In this document: positions 53,955-62,206 of the stretch, piece by piece
Position numbering within the stretch: the first letter of the stretch is position 1
Layout: each line of letters opens with the position of its first letter
NCBI GenBank assembly: GCA_041744215.1
Contig: JBGTLG010000039.1
Coordinates: forward strand, 32,001-96,000
From: Fimbriimonadales bacterium
GTDB taxonomy: Bacteria > Armatimonadota > Fimbriimonadia > Fimbriimonadales > ATM1
Reading direction: 5' to 3'
DNA length: 64,000 nucleotides
The notes under the pieces: model-generated
What the model saw: only the letters and a program-made list of their open reading frames with translations
What the model was told of the DNA's origin: nothing
Database searches by the model: none
Made by a program: the position numbers and the translations under genes

Positions 53955-55174
53955 TCCCCGAACTCCACGAGCAAACAATCAAATGCATTCGGTGCGGTTT
54001 CTGCTTGGAAGCGTGTCCGACCTTCGTTCTAACCGGGCGGGAAACGGAGTCGCCGCGTGGCCGAATCTACTTAGTGAGGAGCGCTGTCGAAGGTCAACTC
54101 GCGTGGTCGGAAGAAGTGCAGGAACATTTGGATACATGCCTTGGTTGCCGGGCATGCGAACCCGCTTGTCCTAGCGGTGTTCAGTACGGATCGATTCTTG
54201 AAATGGCGCGTGCAAAACTCGAAGCTAAGAAGCTGCGGCCGTGGAGAGAACGCTGGGCTCGAAGCGTTCTTATCAGATCATTGATGCGACCTACGCGACT
54301 TCGTGTACAGACCGCTTTCGCCCGCATGTTCGGCATCACCGAGATTCCCTCTTTACTATCGCGCCAGCTTTCAACTGACACTCAGGAGGCCCGACTACCG
54401 GTACCTGAACGTTCAAAATGGCCAAAGGCAGCCTATCCGGTACCGACTCGCCGTGTTTACTTTCTTCAAGGCTGCGCGATGCGCTCACTTTTCTCAACTA
54501 CTAACGGCGCAACAATTGATCTGTTACGCAGACATGGATGTGAAGTCGTGATGTCGAGCGTATCGAGCTGCTGCGGCGCACTAGCAACGCACCTCGGTCA
54601 GGCCGCAGATGGACAAACCCACGCGCGCAAACTCATCGACGCGATGCCAGAAGAGATCCCAATCGTCACAAATTCTGCTGGGTGTGGCAGCGCAATGAAG
54701 GAGTACCCACATCTCCTTGGATCGGTCGATATGTATCGAGAGAAGGCGGCTCGATTCGCATCAAGAGTCAAAGATATTTGCGAATTCCTGCACGAATGCG
54801 GATTCTCGCCACCTGCTCACTCGCGACCCCTCAGAGTAGCGTATCACGATGCCTGCCACCTCGCCCACGGTCAAGGCATTCGAACTCAACCGAGAGAGCT
54901 TCTTGCGTCCTTACCCGGAGTTAATCTGGTTGAGATTGAAGAATCAGACCGCTGCTGTGGTAGCGCCGGAGTTTACAACCTAACACAACCCAAGCTTGCC
55001 CGAGAATTGCTGGAGCGAAAATGGAAGTTCATCGAGGCCGCAAATCCAGACGTCATTGCTACAGGGAATCCCGGATGCCTTGCGTGGATTGCGCAGGCGG
55101 CAGAAGAAAAAAAGTCAAAGATCCGTGTTGCACATACCGCTGTTGTGCTCGCAGAATCATTTCTACAATCCTAG
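53951..55174 (+). CDS. glcF: Glycolate oxidase Fe-S subunit
   Basis: CIRCGFCLEACP, ESPRGR, CLGCRACEPACP, CCG domains; start ATG 53951. Confidence 0.9.
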   Translation: MIPELHEQTIKCIRCGFCLEACPTFVLTGRETESPRGRIYLVRSAVEGQLAWSEEVQEHLDTCLGCRACEPACPSGVQYGSILEMARAKLEAKKLRPWRERWARSVLIRSLMRPTRLRVQTAFARMFGITEIPSLLSRQLSTDTQEARLPVPERSKWPKAAYPVPTRRVYFLQGCAMRSLFSTTNGATIDLLRRHGCEVVMSSVSSCCGALATHLGQAADGQTHARKLIDAMPEEIPIVTNSAGCGSAMKEYPHLLGSVDMYREKAARFASRVKDICEFLHECGFSPPAHSRPLRVAYHDACHLAHGQGIRTQPRELLASLPGVNLVEIEESDRCCGSAGVYNLTQPKLARELLERKWKFIEAANPDVIATGNPGCLAWIAQAAEEKKSKIRVAHTAVVLAESFLQS

Positions 55175-55178
55175 CCGT

Positions 55179-55436
55179 TTAGCCCTTTTTTTCATCGGAT
55201 AGTCTGCGGCCCTCGATTGCGTTCTTCTCGATGTAGTCCTTCCATTGGCTGGGTACGTCAGTGTCGACGAAAATTGCGGTAACCGGACACTCAGGCTCAC
55301 ACAAGCCGCAATCAATGCACTCATCAGGGTTGATGAAAAGCATGTCCTCACCTTCATAAATGCAGTCTACGGGACAAACCGTCACACAAGACTTGTCCTT
55401 CACTCCGATGCAGGGCTCTGTTATGATGTAGGGCAT
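55179..55436 (-). CDS. Ferredoxin (7Fe type)
   Basis: [17 protein letters not shown] and [12 protein letters not shown]. Confidence 0.95.
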   Translation of the reverse strand: MPYIITEPCIGVKDKSCVTVCPVDCIYEGEDMLFINPDECIDCGLCEPECPVTAIFVDTDVPSQWKDYIEKNAIEGRRLSDEKKG

Positions 55437-55514
55437 GGGTTTTGGCAGGTCGACAGGCGTCGACGACGCACGGAATGTACCCGAAAGCCCGCAGTCCGGG
55501 GTAGATTGCGTCGC

Positions 55515-56486
55515 ATGATGCGAGCGGGTGTCTTGGGTTCTGGCAGCTGGGGGACAGCCCTCGCCGTCCTTCTCGCGCGGAATGGGGTGGAAGTCAAACT
55601 TTGGGGTCGAGACTCCGACGAGGTCGCTTCCATGCAGGCCGAGCGCGAGAACATAAGATACCTACCCGGCATTGAATTGCCGCCAGAAGTCACCGTTTGC
55701 TCTCAGCCGCCGGCAGACTGTACTTTCTATGTCCTCGCAGTCCCAAGTGGTGCCCTTCGGGAAGTCTGCGCCTTACTCCCGACAGACTCGACGGTCATCG
55801 TGGCGTCAAAAGGGCTCGAACCTGGGACGTCAATGAGGATGAGCGAGGTTTTGAAAGAGTCATGTCCGAGCTCCCAGGTCGCCGCGCTGAGCGGTCCAAA
55901 CTTGGCCGTTGAAATAGCACGCGGGATCCCGACCGCGACGGTAATCGCATCACAGTCACCAGAAACCGCGGATTGGCTCCGAGAAAGATTCATGTGCCGA
56001 ACGTTCCGCGTCTACACGAGCACCGACATTGTGGGCGTTGAGTTCGGTGGCGCACTAAAAAATGTCCTTGCAATCGGAGCGGGGATGAGCGATGGACTCG
56101 GTTTTGGTGACAACACTAAAGCCGCGCTTCTTGCTAGGGGGCTTCGCGAAATGTCTGCCTTAGGTGCATCGTATGGAGCAAACCCGGAAACATTCCTGGG
56201 ACTAAGCGGTGTCGGCGATCTGATCGCAACCGCAGTTAGCAAACTCAGCAGAAACTATAGGGTGGGCAGCTTACTTGGAAGCGGGGTTTCACTTGACTTG
56301 GCATTGCATGACATCGGACAGGTCGCAGAGGGAGTGCCTACCAGTCAAGCAGCAGTCGCGTTGGCAGACAAAGCAAGAATTGACGTTCCCCTCATGCATG
56401 CGATACTGCGCGTCATACGCGGAGAGCGAAAGCCGCTCGAAGCGGTGTCCGAGCTTATGGAGCGCTCTCCTCGCATGGAGTTTTAG
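55515..56486 (+). CDS. gpsA: NAD(P)H-dependent glycerol-3-phosphate dehydrogenase
   Basis: [41 protein letters not shown]; start ATG 55515. Confidence 0.97.
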   Translation: MMRAGVLGSGSWGTALAVLLARNGVEVKLWGRDSDEVASMQAERENIRYLPGIELPPEVTVCSQPPADCTFYVLAVPSGALREVCALLPTDSTVIVASKGLEPGTSMRMSEVLKESCPSSQVAALSGPNLAVEIARGIPTATVIASQSPETADWLRERFMCRTFRVYTSTDIVGVEFGGALKNVLAIGAGMSDGLGFGDNTKAALLARGLREMSALGASYGANPETFLGLSGVGDLIATAVSKLSRNYRVGSLLGSGVSLDLALHDIGQVAEGVPTSQAAVALADKARIDVPLMHAILRVIRGERKPLEAVSELMERSPRMEF

Positions 56487-59122
56487 CGCGGCGGATCCGT
56501 TTCGCGCACCTCGATTCCGGCCAATCGACCGCCACCTTCTGACTTGTTTGTGATACGAATAAACCTCGCAAACTGAGGACGCGCGCGCAGCGCAACTGTG
56601 ATTCGCTGATGATCCTTTGGATCAACATCCCGCTTCGTCATGAGTGACTGTCGCCAATTCAACTCACGAGTATAGAGTCTTGCCTCTTCGATGCGCTGCC
56701 CGGTGCTATAGACCGTTATGTCAAATGAGTTCCACATCGCGTTCGCGTCACCACGAAGAACGAAGCGAATCTCGCCGATCGGCCTGTCACGACCAAGATC
56801 GACTTCGAACCAATCTCCCTTGCCGCCTCCCAACTCGTAAGAGGTCTCCGGAGATCCGTCTACCAGGGCACGAACAACTTCCAGACCGGAATTGCGGCTG
56901 TCCGTCACGACACGATTCAACGCGAGATTCCCGAACTTGATGGGTCTTGAAGTGACATTGAACTCCAAGTTGTGTACGTAGGCGCCACTCTTAGAGCCTC
57001 TGAAGTATGCATCGACTAGCTGCCACGCCTTCAACCATGCCCACTCGGTTTGTCCGTTGGTGTCCATCCGAACAAGAAAGACTCCGTTAGTGCCAACGAC
57101 ATCAAGGCGACCAAAGGGGTTGGGCGAAAGCTTATGGCCAGTCAATGTTGTGAAAGGCTCCTCCAGGCCCGTAGCGCGGTTGGGCAGAATTGCACTTCCG
57201 CCTGAGATTTCCAATTGGAATGCAGGAGGATCGTTTTGGATCGCCCCGTTTCGCATTTGGTAGAAGGAAAGAGTGCCGGAGGTGATCGCTTGTCCGTGGG
57301 CATCCGTCGCTGTGATAAGGACTAGCGGCGGCATTGAGTACATAAACTCGCCATAAAATCCACGCCGGAAGCCGAGATTGGAGTCCAGTGCTGCAATGTC
57401 GGTCAGCGCGTAGAGATCAGTCGGTTCAAACAGCGGACTTCGATAGAGCGCACTATCCAGATCTCGCTGCGGGATCGGCAGCTGCGAAGGGATATGCGTT
57501 TCATTCCTCGTGTCGCCACCTCCCATTAGCCCACCGAAAGGATCAAACTTTCCACGAGTGACGACGCTATCATTCCAAACAAGCTTCACCTTTCCGCCTT
57601 CTCCATTAGGAAGACTTGGGTCGACATTCATCCAATACAGGTCAATAAGCCCAACTTGATGGCTCATCTCATGAATCAGCGCTCGATCCGCGATCTTGCG
57701 AACAGCATCAACGTACCCTTGTGCATCGCCAAAGCTTCCGTCAAATCCCCATTCCCCGTCGTAAATCAACGTCGGGGTGTCATTGGGAATGTGGGCTCCA
57801 CCTTTTAGTGTCCCGTCTGGGACGATCGTGATTCGCCCGACTCTAATCCTTTCGCGGCTACCATCTTGGGCGAAGCTAAACCGACTATGTTTTAGAAAAA
57901 CGTCGTTCCAGATTCGGAATTGCCACTGGATCCAGTCTTCGAAGCTGCGTGTCCCAGCGCCATTCAGCTCTTTAGCAAACATCGCGTAAAAGCTTTCGTC
58001 AACCCAGATGCCGATGTTGAGCGCGTTGGCCTGAATCTCAAGGTAGTTGTTCCCCGCAAAGGCGTCAACCTTTGGTTGAATCAAGAACCCGATTGGTTGA
58101 GTGCGATGATCTGCATGATCGTTCTTGAACTTTGTCGAGAACGTGAGCTTAGTGGTCTGTCCTGGCTCCAGTGTCGACCCGTGATCGCCCTTTTGGCGGA
58201 GCTCATTTGAGATGTGCCATTCAAAAGCGAAGCCGTCCGACCGCTCTGTTCCAACGTTCTTGACGACCGCAGTATAAGTGACATCCTCGCCATCCTGTGG
58301 CCACTTCTGCGTCTCTGCTCTGCCCGGCTGCATCATGACGCCGGATTCATGTCCGTCAACAAGCTGACGTACGTAAGCATCCCCTCGATTGTCATATCGT
58401 TCGTATTCTGGAGTTCGCTCAATGGATACTACGCTCAGATCCGGTCCCGTGCGTTCCGATCCAATCTCGTATGTGATCTGCAATTGTGGTCGACCGGATC
58501 CGGACTGGGCCGAGGAAAAAGTTACATCGATTTCCGCATCTATCGACCATCCATGGTTTGAGTACCACCTGTCATAAAAGTCCTGCACGTCCTTTTCTAA
58601 GCCCTCAAATGTCAGCTCCGTAGAATCCGCAGACACTGATGCTGTTGATGACGGCGTAGTTGCAACATGCTGACTTCCACCATTAGACCAGCGCTTCGCA
58701 CGGGAGTCGCTTGCATAGTATTGATAGTTCCAAGAGGTACTCCAATCGGGCGGAATCGGCTGGTTTTCGCCGGCACCAGCTCCTTCGTGCCACGCGCTAC
58801 CGAATCGAGACAGTCGGATTTGACCGCTACCCGCAGCATTCTCAACACGCATCACTAGCTTCGCCGAGAGGACTTTCGCATTCGGAGGAAGCGCACGTCG
58901 CAAATCGGCAAACCGGATCAGGCTGCGTTTCCCTCTGCCCACACTAAGAACTCCTCCCTGACCACTAGAACGCTCCGGGTGGTCCCTCAGCAAAGTCGTG
59001 TCTTCGGCCGCCCAGTAGCGAGTTTGAGGATCATTTGCGAGGGCTGAACCTCGATGCAACGCAACGCTCTGAGGCGCGCCAGACGCGAAAATGGTCACGA
59101 GAACGAGCGTGGAGACGATCAT
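56483..59122 (-). CDS. Secreted multidomain zinc metallopeptidase (DNRLRE-like + CARDB + HEXXH + discoidin-like)
   Basis: EDTTL/LIRF, PDLSVVSIER, VKNVG, IHEMSHQVGLIDLY, WFEVDLG. Confidence 0.8.
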   Translation of the reverse strand: MIVSTLVLVTIFASGAPQSVALHRGSALANDPQTRYWAAEDTTLLRDHPERSSGQGGVLSVGRGKRSLIRFADLRRALPPNAKVLSAKLVMRVENAAGSGQIRLSRFGSAWHEGAGAGENQPIPPDWSTSWNYQYYASDSRAKRWSNGGSQHVATTPSSTASVSADSTELTFEGLEKDVQDFYDRWYSNHGWSIDAEIDVTFSSAQSGSGRPQLQITYEIGSERTGPDLSVVSIERTPEYERYDNRGDAYVRQLVDGHESGVMMQPGRAETQKWPQDGEDVTYTAVVKNVGTERSDGFAFEWHISNELRQKGDHGSTLEPGQTTKLTFSTKFKNDHADHRTQPIGFLIQPKVDAFAGNNYLEIQANALNIGIWVDESFYAMFAKELNGAGTRSFEDWIQWQFRIWNDVFLKHSRFSFAQDGSRERIRVGRITIVPDGTLKGGAHIPNDTPTLIYDGEWGFDGSFGDAQGYVDAVRKIADRALIHEMSHQVGLIDLYWMNVDPSLPNGEGGKVKLVWNDSVVTRGKFDPFGGLMGGGDTRNETHIPSQLPIPQRDLDSALYRSPLFEPTDLYALTDIAALDSNLGFRRGFYGEFMYSMPPLVLITATDAHGQAITSGTLSFYQMRNGAIQNDPPAFQLEISGGSAILPNRATGLEEPFTTLTGHKLSPNPFGRLDVVGTNGVFLVRMDTNGQTEWAWLKAWQLVDAYFRGSKSGAYVHNLEFNVTSRPIKFGNLALNRVVTDSRNSGLEVVRALVDGSPETSYELGGGKGDWFEVDLGRDRPIGEIRFVLRGDANAMWNSFDITVYSTGQRIEEARLYTRELNWRQSLMTKRDVDPKDHQRITVALRARPQFARFIRITNKSEGGGRLAGIEVRETDPPR

Positions 59123-59167
59123 GCTTCCCTTCCTTTGTTCACCTTGCAGGGCACAGCCCTGCCTGGA

Positions 59168-60448
59168 TCAGCTTCCCAGTTTGTCAATTATCAGCTCCGC
59201 AGCCTTTTGCAATTGATTATCTTTCTCGGGGTCGCCGGGCGTAACCCCACGATCCAGTTTGACTTCGACTGCGGGTTTGATGCCGCCCTGCGAGTACTCG
59301 CCGCGTTCATCTTCCACACGCTGGATCAAATCTCCGTTGGGAAGATAGTAGCGCGCAATGGTGACTTTCGCCTGGGCGCCGTCGACCAATGCGACCACAT
59401 TTTGCACGGCAGCTTTGCCGTAGGTGTGCTCACCAACAATTGTGGCAATGCGATAGTCTCGCAACGCTCCCGCGAATATCTCCGCTGCACTCGCTGTCGA
59501 TTCATCTACGAGGATGACAATCGGATAAGGCTTGCGTTGAGCAAGTCCGTTTCGTGCGAAGTACTTTTCAGGCTGTCCCGTCTTGCGTCTCATGCTGACG
59601 ATCAGACGTCCATCCACAAATCGCGAAGCCATGTCGATTGCTGCGCCCATCAATCCACCTGGGTTTCCCCGTAGGTCGATAATCAATCCTCGGATGCCTT
59701 GCTTCTCCAACGCCAATAACTCTTCGTCGAACTGCTCGACGATAGTCTCGCTGTACGACCGAACTTCTAACCTTCCAATTGGCGGCTTACCGCGAACGTA
59801 CGCGCCGGATAGCACCTCTCCGTACACATCTTGGATCTGCACCTTCTGGCGCGTCAAGACTTTGTCGAACGTTTCCTTTGTCGCTGTTCGATAGATTGAT
59901 AAGCGAACCGATGTCCCTTCATCTCCCCGGATCTCGGTTACCACATCTTCGATCGGGAGTCCCATGATCTCCTTCCCGCCAACGGCGACAATAATGTCAT
60001 CGGGTCGTAACAGCGATCGAGAAGCGGGACCGTTTTTGAAGACTCGCCTGATACGTGCGCCCATTGGGTCGGGACTCAATTCTGCGCCAATCCCCCCACT
60101 GCCAACAAACTTGCCGCGACTTCGCTCATCAAAGCGCTTTGCTTCCTCCGGCGGCATGATCGCAGTGTAAGGGTCTTTGAGCGAGTCCATCATGCCTTGG
60201 ATCGCAACGTAGGTCACCTCCTGGCGATCAACTTCCCCCCTGTACTTCAGCTCCAGGTTTGCGAGAACCTGAACGAAAGTCCTCGTTGCAGTAAGTTCGC
60301 TCTTGGGTTCGGAACGAAGTCCCAGCGCGGCAGGAATCGTTTTGAGATTTGGCGAGTCTCCTGCCAACACATCGCGCAGGGCATAACCTCCAACGAATGT
60401 TACGACAAAGATGCCGATGCAAACAACGACTTTAGTGAACGCGTGCAT
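59168..60448 (-). CDS. ctpA: S41 carboxy-terminal processing protease (intact)
   Basis: DPYT, GIGA, PDZ, DLRGNPGG, TASAAE (Ser), TYGK (Lys). Confidence 0.95.
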   Translation of the reverse strand: MHAFTKVVVCIGIFVVTFVGGYALRDVLAGDSPNLKTIPAALGLRSEPKSELTATRTFVQVLANLELKYRGEVDRQEVTYVAIQGMMDSLKDPYTAIMPPEEAKRFDERSRGKFVGSGGIGAELSPDPMGARIRRVFKNGPASRSLLRPDDIIVAVGGKEIMGLPIEDVVTEIRGDEGTSVRLSIYRTATKETFDKVLTRQKVQIQDVYGEVLSGAYVRGKPPIGRLEVRSYSETIVEQFDEELLALEKQGIRGLIIDLRGNPGGLMGAAIDMASRFVDGRLIVSMRRKTGQPEKYFARNGLAQRKPYPIVILVDESTASAAEIFAGALRDYRIATIVGEHTYGKAAVQNVVALVDGAQAKVTIARYYLPNGDLIQRVEDERGEYSQGGIKPAVEVKLDRGVTPGDPEKDNQLQKAAELIIDKLGS

Positions 60449-61731
60449 CAGTTGCCGCCCTCCTGATTACTAGGGCTACTGCCAGAAACCAAGCGCTCAA
60501 CCAGCAGGCTCGTCCCCTGCAAGTCGACAAAGTGACCGCGCGTCAGCGTGTAGCCACTGCCGTCAGCAAGCGTGTAGTGATCGGACAGGAAGCCAAGCTG
60601 AGCAGTTGGACCTCCGACTAGCTTTGCATTCGCCCTATCTCTAAGCGCGACTGCGAAGAGTTCAGCTTCGCGCGCCGTCCCTTCATTTACCAAGACGATG
60701 ATGTTCAACCTGTGCTTTGCTCCACTTTTCAGCAGCAAGGGGACCGCGGGGCTGCCGCGCTTGGTTACGATCCTCGCATACTCGCCTTGTGGGATCAATT
60801 GGGCTAGGCAGTTCTCCATTATCTCAAATGATCCGCCAGGGTTGTTCCGCAAATCAACCGTTACATCACCTGAGGTCGACAGGACGTCCGACATCCTCGT
60901 GTCCACTCCGCGACCGAAGGTTCGGATACGGATAATGTCGGCGTCCTTCTCAACTAAATCAAAGCTGCCACTCGCCAGCGTGACGGTGATAGTGACTGGC
61001 ACCCCTTTGCGCAGGACCATTATGTTAACTGGCTCACGACTTGATACCTGAACACGCTCAAGCGCGTCGTTGATAGAAATCGCGCCGAGTGATTTTTCAC
61101 GCAGCCGTTCAAACTCTATTTGATACTCTTCATCGGTGATCTCGCCCTTTTGTCGCTTCTCGCTCGCAATGGCAAGGTCGTTCAGAAGTGACCTGCTCGC
61201 AACCCAGTTCCCGTTAACCTCCTCGATGACATCTCCGGGAAGAAGTCCTGCCTTGTGGCCGGGCCCAGAATCGAATACTGAAACGACGGTTAGAGGTAGT
61301 TCAGTATTCGAGCCCTCTCCCTTCCAGATGATCGCGAGATCTGCGCCAAGCCCCTCATACTTGCCCTCAAGCTGGTCGCGATAACGTCGCCATTCGACCG
61401 GCGAGTAAAAGCGGGTGCCTGGGTCGCGGAGAGACTGGAGCATACTGCTCACCGCTCCATGTGCCAACGGTGTTTCGTCTCGAATCGGGTCGACGAATTG
61501 TTCCTTTAGTATCTCGAGGACGTTATCGAAGTATTCCCCAGCGGACCTTCCGCCCATCGGTCGTGAACCGTCATCTCGAATCGGGGCGGGGTTCGTCGCA
61601 TAAATGCGTTCGAGCTCGGGGAATCCTCGCTTAGCGTCGTAGGAAGTACGGGTGAAATGGCCCAGAGAGACGCCTACAACCGCAAGCCCCACGGCGCCAA
61701 CCGACCATATCCACCTTCCGTTCAGCTTCAT
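60448..61731 (-). CDS. S41 family paralog, probably inactive
   Basis: GLGA, PDZ, DLRNNPGG retained; TAREAE and TAQLG replace Ser/Lys motifs. Confidence 0.85.
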   Translation of the reverse strand: MKLNGRWIWSVGAVGLAVVGVSLGHFTRTSYDAKRGFPELERIYATNPAPIRDDGSRPMGGRSAGEYFDNVLEILKEQFVDPIRDETPLAHGAVSSMLQSLRDPGTRFYSPVEWRRYRDQLEGKYEGLGADLAIIWKGEGSNTELPLTVVSVFDSGPGHKAGLLPGDVIEEVNGNWVASRSLLNDLAIASEKRQKGEITDEEYQIEFERLREKSLGAISINDALERVQVSSREPVNIMVLRKGVPVTITVTLASGSFDLVEKDADIIRIRTFGRGVDTRMSDVLSTSGDVTVDLRNNPGGSFEIMENCLAQLIPQGEYARIVTKRGSPAVPLLLKSGAKHRLNIIVLVNEGTAREAELFAVALRDRANAKLVGGPTAQLGFLSDHYTLADGSGYTLTRGHFVDLQGTSLLVERLVSGSSPSNQEGGN

Positions 61732-61734
61732 TTA

Positions 61735-62205
61735 CTACTTACAATACGCGGGCGAGGGCTCGTTGCATTCGCCGAGTTGATCGAGCTTCTGGATCCTTCG
61801 GACGTGACGCGCCTCCGAGCTAGGTTCTTGATCGAGAAAGGCCTCCACAATTCGTATCGCGGCGTCAGGCGCAATGAGCCTTGCCCCCAAGCACAAGATG
61901 TTCGCATGGTTGTGCTCTCGGGCTAGGCGAGCCGACTCCTCATTCCAGCAGTCAGCTGCTCGAACACCGCAGTAGCGGTTCGCCGCCATCGCCATACCAA
62001 TGCCAGTCCCACAGATCAGAATGCCGATCTCACTTTCTCCTCGAACGAGCCGCTCAGCAACCTCGCCCGCAGCGACAGGATAGTCATACGCGCTTTCGTC
62101 AGTTGCGCCCATTTCCGCGACAGCGTAACCCTTTTCGACCAGGTGGTTGGCGAGAATGCGACGTAGTGCGAATCCCGCGTGGTCAGAACCCAAGTGAATT
62201 GTCAT
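61735..62205 (-). CDS. rpiB: Ribose-5-phosphate isomerase B
   Basis: GSDHAG, YDYP, CGTGIG, REHNHAN, RHVRR; start ATG 62205. Confidence 0.96.
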   Translation of the reverse strand: MTIHLGSDHAGFALRRILANHLVEKGYAVAEMGATDESAYDYPVAAGEVAERLVRGESEIGILICGTGIGMAMAANRYCGVRAADCWNEESARLAREHNHANILCLGARLIAPDAAIRIVEAFLDQEPSSEARHVRRIQKLDQLGECNEPSPAYCK

Positions 62206-62206
62206 G

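Noticed and set aside
55245-55514. N-terminal extension of GpsA
   Set aside because: It overlaps the ferredoxin on the opposite strand; the Rossmann motif starts just after ATG 55515, which has its own -10 box.
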